DNA from: Macrostomum lignano
Lineage: Eukaryota
Assembly: GCA_002269645.1 (NCBI GenBank)
Contig: NIVC01001770.1
Location: 31,277 to 95,276 of the forward strand
Direction: 5' to 3'
DNA length: 64,000 nucleotides
Shown: piece after piece, positions 1-13,346 of the stretch
How the letters are laid out: every line of letters begins with the position of its first letter
How positions within the stretch are numbered: the first letter of the stretch is position 1
Made by a program: the position numbers and the translations under genes
The notes under the pieces: model-generated
What the model was told of the DNA's origin: nothing
The model's database searches: none
What the model saw: only the letters and a program-made list of their open reading frames with translations

Positions 1-40
1 CTGAGGTAAAAAGTTTGCCGACTCCTGCATTGAAGTCACC

Positions 41-466
41 TCAGCCAGCAGGCAGGTAGCACTCGCTTCCCGGCACCTGCGGCACCGCATGCTGAACCAA
101 CGCGGCATTGAGGCGGTAGGCATTCTCCTGGCTAATCCGCCGGCGCTCCTGCACCTCCGACAGGTAGCGCTCCGCCCGCCGGTCCGCCTTGGACGAAGCG
201 TACCTGGTGCAGTAGGCCACCAGCACTATGAACCCCACCAGGCCTACGCAGAAGAACACGATCACGAAGACGAATTCGCCGCCGCTGCCACCGATCCCTT
301 CGCCGACAAGGTCAGTCTCGGACGGCGTCGGCGCTCTGTCGGCTGAATCTGCTGACTTCCTGTCGGTTGGCGCAGCTACGAGTTGCTGCCCGGTGCAGCA
401 TGCGATTGTCGACCAAACCAGCAGGTGACACAGTAGGCAGCGCGTCGGGGCCGGATACCGCTTCAT
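41..466 (-). CDS. Small single-pass membrane protein (signal peptide + one TM helix), family unknown
   Basis: 141-aa non-repetitive GC-rich ORF. It has a hydrophobic/Cys N-terminus (CLLCHLLVWSTIACCTG), a TM segment (FVFVIVFFCVGLVGFIVLVAY) and a basic cytoplasmic tail. A splice acceptor (ctgac...ttcttcgcag) just upstream opens an exon at 490. Confidence 0.6.
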   Translation of the reverse strand: MKRYPAPTRCLLCHLLVWSTIACCTGQQLVAAPTDRKSADSADRAPTPSETDLVGEGIGGSGGEFVFVIVFFCVGLVGFIVLVAYCTRYASSKADRRAERYLSEVQERRRISQENAYRLNAALVQHAVPQVPGSECYLPAG

Positions 467-774
467 CAGAACTACCGGTGTCTGCTCTGCCTGCGAAGAA
501 ATTGCGTCAGATTATTTATTGAGATCCTCGTTATTAGTTGGGTTTAATAGGGCCTGGAAATTACACACTTCTCCTTACCTATACAATCCATTAGAACAAG
601 CATACATACAGGAAAAGACGCGTCCGTACGATATTAGGCACTTGTAAGAGAAATTAACAACTTCGTAGAAGAAAATCAAGCATGCGCCCCTTACAAAGAG
701 TTAACGATACTTACAAAGATTCCAGAAAGATGAAGATTAAAAGACTTTTTAAAAAAGAATAAATGCCACTGGGA

Positions 775-1230
775 AGATTAAGTGCCAGGTGGAACGATTA
801 AGCGCCACTTAGAAAGATTAAGCGCCATTTAGAAAACTTAAGCGTCACCTACAATGATTAAGCGCCACTTAAATAGATTAAGCGCCCGATATAATGATTA
901 AGCGTCCCATAGAATGATTAAAGCGTCTCATAGAATGATTAAAGCGACCCATAGAATGATTAAAGCGTCTCATAGAATGATTAAGCGTCCCATAGAATGA
1001 TTAAGCGTCCCATAGAATGATTAAAGCGTCTCATAGAATAATTAAAGCGTCCCATAGAATGATTAAAGCGTCCCATAGAATGATTAAAGCGTCCCATAGA
1101 ATGATTAAAGCGTCCCATAGAATGATTAAAGCGTCTCATAGAATGATTAAAGCGTCCCATAGAATGATTAAAGCGTCTCATAGAATGATTAAGCGTCCCA
1201 TAGAATGATTAAAGCGTCGCCTAGAATGAT
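775..1230. repeat. Minisatellite, 21-bp unit gcgtcccatagaatgattaaa
   Basis: Direct tandem copies; degenerate at the left end. Confidence 0.95.
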
Positions 1231-1754
1231 CAAGCACCCCTACTGATAAATGAGACACCCAAGTCATGGGGATTAGGCCCCCCAACTAGAATTATTAAAA
1301 ATATTACAAATTACCAATCCGCTAACCGGCTCTCTATAAGTGTTTGCTACTCTGGCTAAATTTGAGCCTACATTGGCGGGGTTATGCATTTGTACTAATC
1401 TGACTGTTGGTTCATGATGGCCCTTATTCATCAGAGCTATCGTTTGTGCCGCTAAGCCGCTAAGCATCGCGTGAGTATCAGTGTAAACCTAGGCTGAGCT
1501 CTAGTTAATCTCGATCACTCAGAAGGGGTGGGCGGGCAGTCAGCTCAATGTAGGAGGATTAAATGAGACAGTTATTGAGATGACGTACTTATAGGACAGA
1601 AAATCAGACATTTCACAGATAAAGAGAGGCATAGAGGAATTGACCTCTGCTATTAATCCATATGGTTTAATCTCTTTGTAGCTTTCGCATGGCATGGCTT
1701 AGGAAACAGGAGCTCTGAATGTATTTCAAGAAGTAGAAGTTCGGGATTGCGGGT

Positions 1755-2165
1755 GAGACAAGAGAGCAGAGCGGGTTAGACAAGAGAGCAGAGCGGGTTA
1801 GACAAGAGAGCAGAGTGGGTTGGACAAGAGAGTAGAGTGGGTTAGACAAGAGAGCAGAGTGGGTTAGACAAGAGAGCAGAGTGGGTTAGACAAGAGAGCA
1901 GAGTGGGTTAGACAAGAGAGCAGAGTGGGTTAGACAAGAGAGCAGAGTGGGTTAGACAAGAGAGCAGAGTGGGTTAGACAAGAGAGCAGAGCGGGTTAGA
2001 CAAGAGAGCAGAGTGGGTTAGACAAGAGAGCAGATAGGGTGAGACAACAGGCAGGGCAGAGTGGATGAGACAACAGGGCAGAGCGGGTGAGACAAGAGGG
2101 CAGAGAGGGTGAGACAGGAAACCTGAGCGGGGAGACAAGAGGGCAGAGCGGTGGGGACAGATGCT
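1755..2165. repeat. Minisatellite, 22-bp unit gacaagagagcagagtgggtta
   Basis: Direct tandem copies; degenerate at the right end. Confidence 0.95.
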
Positions 2166-2894
2166 GTGCAAAAAACATGTATTATTTAAAAATCAACACA
2201 ACCCTTGCACTCGCGGAAAAGTTTTCCTCGTGCAGTTCTGAGCCTAAATAACAGCAAAATAAGTCTGGCACTCTATGGACCGCCGTTGCTTCCCACTTGG
2301 TAGAGAACTTCATCCCTAACAGCTCAGAAGCAGCAGTGGCAGCAACTCTGCCAGCCTGTTTATCCCTTAGACCCCATCCCCCCCCCACTGTTCGATCCTC
2401 AAACCCTTGAGTTGGCCCCACGGCCTGTCTCATGCTCGGTCTATCGGAAAAGGAAAGAAAAAAGGATATATAGAATAGATCGAGAGCAGCTCCGCATGGG
2501 GAAGAAATAAGGGGAGAGTGGGAGCTCGGGTATAAGAGCAACTTTGCAGTAACTATGGGGGGCGGGCCGTCCTGCGACCGGCACATTGGGAATGAGGAGA
2601 TGTAGCCCAGCGGTCTTGGATTCTGTTATAGTAGGGACTGAGGCTTGAGACCCATCGCGATGCTTGGTTGAGCACTCGAGAGATTGGGGCCGCTTCATCA
2701 GGAGAGAGAGAGAGAGGCAGAGATGCTTAGAGAGGGAGATGGAGAATCTATTCAACTACAAAATAAGACTATGAAGATTCTGGTCATCAATTGTATCGCT
2801 GTATACTTTTCCCGAAATTAACCCTAGCAGTCCTTGAAAAATGTGTATTTCATTTCTTTAGCTCCCCAACGGGGGGCGTAGATTGCTAGTCCAA

Positions 2895-3365
2895 ACCTAG
2901 AAAGCCACAAATACATTCAGAAGGCCCACAACTACATTAAGAAGGGCACAAATACATTCAGAAAGCCACAAATACATTCAGAAAGCCACAAATACATTCA
3001 GAAAGCCGGAAATGCATTCGGAAAGCCACAAATACGTAAAAAAGTGATAAATACATTAAAAAGCCAAAACTACATTCAGAAAGCCAAAAAATAGATTAAG
3101 AAGTGCACAAATACCTTCAGAAAACCACAAATACATTCAGAAAGCCACAAATACATTCAGAAAGCCACAAATACATTCAGAAAGCCACAAATACATTCAG
3201 AAAGCCACAAATACATTCAGAAGGCCCACAAATACATTCATAAAGCCACAAATGCATTCAGAAGGCCCACAAATACATTCAGAAAACCACAAATACATTC
3301 AGAAAGCCACAAATACATTCAGAAAGCCACAAATACATTTAGAAGACCCACAAATACATTCAAAA
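2895..3365. repeat. Minisatellite, 20-bp unit gaaagccacaaatacattca
   Basis: Direct tandem copies. Confidence 0.95.
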
Positions 3366-3937
3366 GACGATAGCTAACTAAAGTACAAGTCCAAGGTAGA
3401 AATCAATATATTGTTACATTGAATGAATGATTGACATTGGATAACTTTTTCGCAATCAAATGCACATGGCTGCCAATAAGGTGTGTATCAAATTCCGCAT
3501 ATCGGCTTGGAAATATGCAGGGTGTACAGTGCTGGGGAGTGAGAGGACAGCTGAGGGTTGGAGCAGGGCTGGCGTGGCGCATTCTGCCACTTCTCACGCC
3601 ATTTCCCCTTGTCAAACACTGTTGGTTAGCTGCATCTCAGCAAGCCAACCAAAGCTGCACTACAAAATCATTGTAGCATTGTACTCATTTATTTTTGGCA
3701 GCGAACAGATGCCAACTCAGCAGGCTTGCTCTCCATTATGGAGAGAGTTTGGCGCTGAAAAATTGGGATCTAAGGAGGACTATAGCGGTGGATTGAGCTT
3801 TTTCTCTTGTCGCTTCTGTTTATCACTCGTAGAAATTCGCCTGAGCAATACTGGATTAAATAGAAGAACACGGGATGCTTATTTTGAAGGTTCAGATGAA
3901 TACTACATAGATAATTGGATTGCTAACTCATACTGTT

Positions 3938-5197
3938 AAAATCCGTGTCTAAATCTTCCCATCGTAAAATCCATGTCTAAATCTCCCATCATAAAAACCG
4001 TGTCTAAATCTCCAACCATAAAATCCCTGTCTAAATCTCTTACTAATAAAATCCGTGTCTAAATCTCCCATCATAAAAACCGTGTCTAAATCTCCCATCG
4101 TAAAATCCGTGTCTAAATCTCCCACCATAAAATCCGTGTCTAAATCTCCCACAATAAAATCCGTGTCTAAATCTCCCATCATAAAAACCGTGTCTGAATC
4201 TCCCACCATAAAATCCGTGTCTAAATGTCCCACAATAAAATCCGTGTCTAAATCTCCCACAATAAAATCCGTGTCTAAATGTCCCACAATAAAATCCATG
4301 TCTAAATCTCCCACCATAAATCCGTGTCTAAATCTCCCACAATAAAATCCGTGTCTAAATCTGCCACCATAAATCCGTGTCTAAATCTCCCACAATAAAA
4401 TCCATGTCTAAATCTCCCACAATAAAATCCGTGTCTAAATCTCCCACAATAAAATCCGTGTCTAAATCTCCCACAATAAAATCCGTGTCTAAATCTCCCA
4501 CCATAAAATCCGTGTCTAAATCTCCCACAATAAAATCCGTGTCTAAATCTCCCACCATAAAATCCGTGTCTAAATCTCCCACCATAAAATCCGTGTCTAA
4601 ATCTCCCACCATAAAATCCGTGTCTAAATCTCCCACAATAAAATCCGTGTCTAAATCTCCCACAATAAAATCCGTGTCTAAATCTCCCACCATAAAATCC
4701 GTGTCTAAATCTCCCACCATGAAACCCGTGTCTAAATGTCCCACAATAAAATCCGTGTCTAAATCTCCCACAATAAAATCCGTGTCTAAATCTCCCACCA
4801 TAAAATCCGTGTCTAAATCTCCCACAATAAAATCCGTGTCTAAATCTCCCACAATAAAATCCGTGTCTAAATCTCCCACCATAAAATCCGTGTCTAAATC
4901 TCCCACCATGAAACCCGTGTCTAAATCTCCCACCATAAAATCCGTGTCTAAATCTCCCACCATGAAATCCGTGTCTAAATCTCCCACTATAAAATCCGTG
5001 TCTAAATCTCCCACCATAAAATCCGTGTCTAAATCTCCCACCATAAAATCCGTGTCTAAATCTCCAACCATAAAATCCGTGTCTAAATCTCCCATTATAA
5101 AATTCGTGTCTAAATCTCCCATCATAAAATCCGTGTCTAAATCTCCCACCATAAAATCCGTGTCTAAATCTCCCATCATAAAATCCGTGTCTAAATA
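3938..5197. repeat. Minisatellite, 27-bp unit aaaatccgtgtctaaatctcccacaat
   Basis: About 46 copies; source of the SKSPTIKSV and GDLDTDF pseudo-ORFs. Confidence 0.97.
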
Positions 5198-5717
5198 CCC
5201 CCCCCCCTACACAAACCACAGACTTCCGCTGAGAACAGAATTTTTCACAAGCAAAAGTGCCACGAAGACAACTACTTACCGTCAATATCGAAGATGAGAG
5301 TTTGTCGGTGTTTTATTCAACACGCTTTTAGCGATGAATAGCTATAAAGGGATCGATCATCTAAATGACGGGGTGAAGTGCAATTTACAATGCTCTTACT
5401 CCGGCCAGCTGCCTTCACCGTTTTGCAGGCTCGGTGCCCGCGCTGCTCCGAACCCTGATGCAGCAGATCCACTGGCAGATCCCTATCCGCCTCTTTTTAC
5501 CTAGCTAGTACATACGTGTACTTTTAACAGTTGACTCCAGCCAGATGCACGAGGGCGCTGATTGGGTCCACCCCGCTGCCAATGATGCGCCAGCCTCACT
5601 AACTAAGAGGTAACTGGCAGCCACATGCAGTTGGTTCTCGACAAGTTTCTCGATCATTTCTCTTTCTACTGACTGGTTTGTTGCTTGTGCAAACTCTATG
5701 GGCTGTGTCTGGAATGC

Positions 5718-7420
5718 ACCTGACACCCTAATTGTCTCACCTGACACACCCTAATTGTCTCACCTGACACCCTAATTGTCTCCCCTGACACCCTAATTGT
5801 CTCACCTGACACCCTAATTGGCTTACCTGACAGACACATCCTAATTGTCTCACCTGACACAGCACCCTAATTGTCTCACCTGACAGACACACACTAATCG
5901 TCTCACCTGACACCCTAATTGTCTCACCTGACACCCTAATTGTCTCACCTGACACCCTAATTGGCTTACCTGACACACCCTAATCACCTGGCTCACCTGT
6001 CTCACCTACCCTAATTGTCTCACCTGACACCCTAATTGTCTCACCTGACACACCCTAATTGTCTCACCTGACACACCCTAATTGTCTCACCTGACACACC
6101 CTTATTGTCTCACCTGACACACCCTAATTGTCTCACCTGACACACCCTAATTGTCTCACCTGACACACCCTAATTGTCTCCCCTGACACACCCTTATTGT
6201 CTCACCTGACACACCCTAATTGTCTCCCCTGACACACCCTTATTGTCTCACCTGACACACCCTAATTGTCTCACCTGACACACCCTTATTGTCTCACCTG
6301 ACACACCCTAATTGTCTCACCTGACACACCCTTATTGTCTCACCTGACACACCCTAATTGTCTCCCCTGACACACCCTAATTGTCTCCCCTGACACACCC
6401 AAATAGTCTCCGCTGACACACCCTAATTGTCTCCCCTGACACACCCTAATTGTCTTATCTGACACCCTAATTGTCTCACCTGACACCCTAATTGTCCCAC
6501 CTGACACCCTAATTGGCTTACCTGACACCCTAATTGTCTCACCTGACACCCAAATAGTCTCCCCTGACACACCCTAATTGTCTCCCCTGACACACCCTAA
6601 TTGTCTTACCTGACACCCTAATTGTCTCACCTGACACCCTAATTGTCTCACCTGACACCCTAATTGTCTCACCTGACACCCTAATTGTCTCACCTGACAC
6701 TGCACCCTAATTGTCTCACCTGACAGACACACCCTTATTGTCTCACCTGACACACCCTAATTGTCTCACCTGACACTGCACCCTAATTGTCTCACCTGAC
6801 AGACACACCCTTATTGTCTCACCTGACACACCCTTATTGCCTCACCTGACACACCCTAATTGTCTCCCCTGACACACCCTAATTGTCTCCCCTGACACAC
6901 CCAAATAGTCTCCCCTGACACACCCTAATTGTCTCCCCTGACACGCCCTAATTGTCTCACCTGACACCCTAATTGGCTTACCTGACACCCTAATTGTCTC
7001 ACCTGACACTGCACCCTAATTGTCTCACCTGACAGACACACCCTAATTGTCTCACCTGACACTGCACCCTAATTGTCTCACCTGACAGACACCCTAATTG
7101 TCTCCCCTGACACACCTTAATTGTCTTACCTGACCCTAATTGTCTCACCTGACACCCTAATTGTCTCACCTGACACCCTAATTGGCTTACCTGACACCCT
7201 AATTGTCTCACCTGACACCCAAATAGTCTCCCCTGACACACCCTAATTGTCTCCCCTGACACACCTTAATTTTCTTACCTGACACCCTAATTGTCTCACC
7301 TGACACCCTAATTGTCTCACCTGACACTGCACCCTAATTGTCTCACCTGACACTGCACCCTAATTGTCTCACCTGACAGGCACCCTAATTGTCTCACCTG
7401 ACACACCCTAATTGTCACCT
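5718..7420. repeat. Minisatellite, 21-23-bp unit ccctaattgtctcacctgaca(ca)
   Basis: Direct tandem copies with variant units. Confidence 0.97.
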
Positions 7421-8314
7421 AATACCAGAAGTACCACAACATTTTGCACAATAGCATAAAAAACGGGCCAGTCAGATAAGATTTCAAGCTTGTAAAGCTG
7501 CAAGGTGTGCTGTGTCGCTGCGATTGACTTGTTCACAAAATTCCAAAATATCTAAATGGAACTATGCACTTTAAAAATAACAGTTGTATTAACTGTTAAG
7601 GAGCGAGAGCAGTCTGGGATGAAAATGAAAGCTGCAGACTGCGTGTATATTGAGTTATAAATAAAGGTACACTATGAATGAGCCCGTGAGAAGGTCATTA
7701 CAAGTTTATGTAGGCCGTTTTAAAAAGGGCGATCGGAAGAATATATTTTTTACTTACAGAGTTGTAAAAAGATCCCATTAATAAAGAGGCTGCTATATAC
7801 ATGTAGTAGGATCAATGGCTTGAAGACAATAAACAAACCGCGAGACTGAAACTAAAAAGGACTCAACTCGACAGAACACTCAAAAAGGGGGGTGTTGCAT
7901 GTTATAAACAGGAGAAAACTGTCAATCATATTCTTCATGTTGACTTCAATTAAGCTGAAGCACTATGAACTTAGACTGGTATTTGCTTACTGCAATCGGT
8001 GTGTTAATTGCATTTTGCCGCTAAAGCTCACGGAAAATCGAAAAAATCGACTTATTTTTTAGATGGTCTCGAATCCCAGCACTAATTTCGGTCGAGAAAT
8101 ATGGTTGTGAAGCTGCTCGTCACATGGCTCTTCACTCGATATCGGATTCACGGTGTGAGTGCAGGCACTATAGTGAGAATAAACATGCTTGCCTGTAAGT
8201 GCTTTTACTCCATCAACCACATTATAATTTACTGAAGATTTCCCCAGCAAGTAAACAAGTGCGTAAATAGCTACTCGCATAATTAGCAATTGTTTGACTG
8301 GCACCGGAATTATT

Positions 8315-11112
<2,798 letters not shown>

Positions 11113-12045
11113 ACTTTCTCTACTTGTAACTCAAAGCAATTTACTTGCATTCTGACACGGAATAATGCCATTTTGATTGACACCTGTAATGCCAGTCAGA
11201 GTTGCATGATATTCACATTCATATTTCAGTTGCACTGTACCGGAAAAAGCACGCGCTAAATTGAAGAATTGACGTATTCATAGATGCAAGGAAAAACAAA
11301 GATCCCTGGCTTCCAGCGCGGTTACCCATGGCAACGACATAGAAGTTATAATTAAGCTCACAGAATCCATGGTTAGATCAAGCGGAAATGAGATCCAGCA
11401 ACGTTTCACGTGCGCGTGCGCAGTTTATATAGGAAATGCCAATGAAAAAACCAAGCAGCCAGCCATTCTGTTCGCTGCTGCAACAGGACGGGAAGGAAGA
11501 CAGGGACACAAGAAGGAAAAACTTTTCTGTGCATGCAAAGAAAGAACCTTTGCTTATCCGGCTCGCGGTGGGGGGTTGGACGCGGCACACGCGAGCAACA
11601 AGTCATTAAATTGTAGCTAAGCCTTGGCTTTCCTCAATTCTCTCTCACTCTTGACATTCCCTTTTTCCTTCATACTCGTGTGCATGTGCGTGCTGAGAAG
11701 AGACAAATTTGGGACTTGATTAAAAATTAAGAATCTCTCTTTCTCCAATTTGAGTTTGAGGAAACTTCTGCGTGGCCAAAAGATGCAATCTTGTTTCTTA
11801 GTCTTCAGGATGCTGCCATAAGCGCGAATTTTCGGTTGGGGGCCGGCAGGAAGATTGATTCGAGTACGACGTTCAGTCAATATTCGATCGCAAACAGTAA
11901 AGACTTTTTCACACCGCCATCAAATGAGCCATTTACCTTTACCTTTACCATTTTTGTTGCGCGCATCTGGACAAGGCATTTTGATGTTTTGTTGCTTCAC
12001 GTAACTGCATGAAGTAAACCGGAGCTTTGTTGCTTTTTAGTTGTT

Positions 12046-12340
12046 GTAGCCTAAGTGGTTATAGAGCGTCGGACCATGACCTTGAGGTCGGGGGTTCGAT
12101 TCCCGATCCCACTGGAACAATTTATGTCCTTGAGCAAGACACTTAACTTAAAATGGGCGCCAGCATTAGGTAGGGTAATTTAGGATGTGTGTGGCGACCC
12201 CCCCCCCAGTCCTTGGACTGAACAGCCGTACGCAGCCTTCAGATGCGCCTCGCAATAGCTGCGGCTGAGCTTTCGGCTACACATCTGCCTATTGGGGCAG
12301 GTTTAATCAATTATTATCATTTTATTATTAGCTATTAGCA
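12046..12340 (+). mobile_element. tRNA-derived SINE, family 1 (CORE/Meta-like central domain), copy A
   Basis: A-box TAGCCTAAGTGG, B-box GGTTCGATTCC, then gtccttgagcaagacacttaact...aaaatggg, a structured 3' region and a (TTA)-rich tail. A homologous copy lies on the - strand at ~22900-23205. Confidence 0.8.
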
Positions 12341-12659
12341 GTCTATTTTATTAGACCACTCCACTAAATTAAAAGTACATGCTCGACCTGGCTTCTTTTG
12401 TCTTTCAACAGACAGCATCTGATTGAACATGTAAAATTAGTCAGGACAGCTGCGAGAGCACGCGCCAGTGAACGCTGCCGCCAGCTCATGCGAATCCGGA
12501 CTGACGGAGCTGACAAGCTGGGACTTTGTAGCTCTGCCGCAAAAAGTTTAGCTCAGGGGGGGGGAGCACACAGCTCGAACTCTCCTGATGGCTGTCTTTT
12601 TTCTGCTGAAGATTTGCTCAGGAATATAAGACGATTTTTTATGGGGATTAGGAGGGTGA

Positions 12660-13118
12660 CAGGCCAGCAGTCTGTATTAGAAGGGTGACAGCAGTCTGCG
12701 TAAGGATGGTGACAGCAGTCTGTTAGGATGGTGACAGCAGTCTGTTAAGATAGTGACAGCAGTCTGCGTAAGGATGGTGACAGCAGTCTGTTAGGATGGT
12801 GACAGCAGTCTGTTAAGATGGTGACAGCAGTCTGTGTAAGGATGGTAACGCAGACAGTAATAGGAGGGTGACAGCAGTCCATAATAGGAGGGTGACAGCA
12901 GTCTGTAATAAGAAGGTGACAACAGTCTGGGTAAGGAGGGTGACAGCAGTCTGTGTAAGGGGGTGACAGCAGTATGTAATAGGAGGGTGACAGCAGTCTG
13001 TAATAGGGGGGTGATAGCAGTCTGTTAGGAGGGTGACAGCATTCTGTGTAAGGAGGGTGACAGCAGTCTGTTAGGAGGGTGACAGCATTCTGTGTAAGGA
13101 GGGTGACAGCAGTCTAAC
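12660..13118. repeat. Minisatellite, 22-24-bp unit gtgacagcagtctgt(g)taggatg
   Basis: Direct tandem copies. Confidence 0.93.
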
Positions 13119-13346
13119 AGCGAGTGCAGCTCCTGGAAAGCAAGGAAAGTCAGAGAAACAATCAAGGTCTGCTATTGCTATCAATAAGGCGAGCTGTTGG
13201 TTTAACAAGGTGACAAAAAGATGATTTATTTTATAATTGTGCTTCAGTCGCAGGACAGCTCACGAATTTAAACTGTTACAGGACACTTATCGGAAACAAA
13301 TGAAACAAAATGCCAGTTAAAAAATGCCTATTTTAAAACACACAGA

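Noticed and set aside
1240-2860. Possible retroelement or viral fragments around the 22-bp array
   Set aside because: Short ORFs with no RT, RNase H, integrase or capsid motif that I can recognise, and no definable termini.
3949-5297. Long ORFs in several frames (SKSPTIKSV, GRFRHGFY, GDLDTDF repeats)
   Set aside because: Translations of a 27-bp minisatellite that is open on both strands; no unique coding flanks.
12046-12115. tRNA gene
   Set aside because: A and B boxes are present, but the acceptor and anticodon stems do not pair properly, and the sequence continues into a SINE body shared with a second copy.
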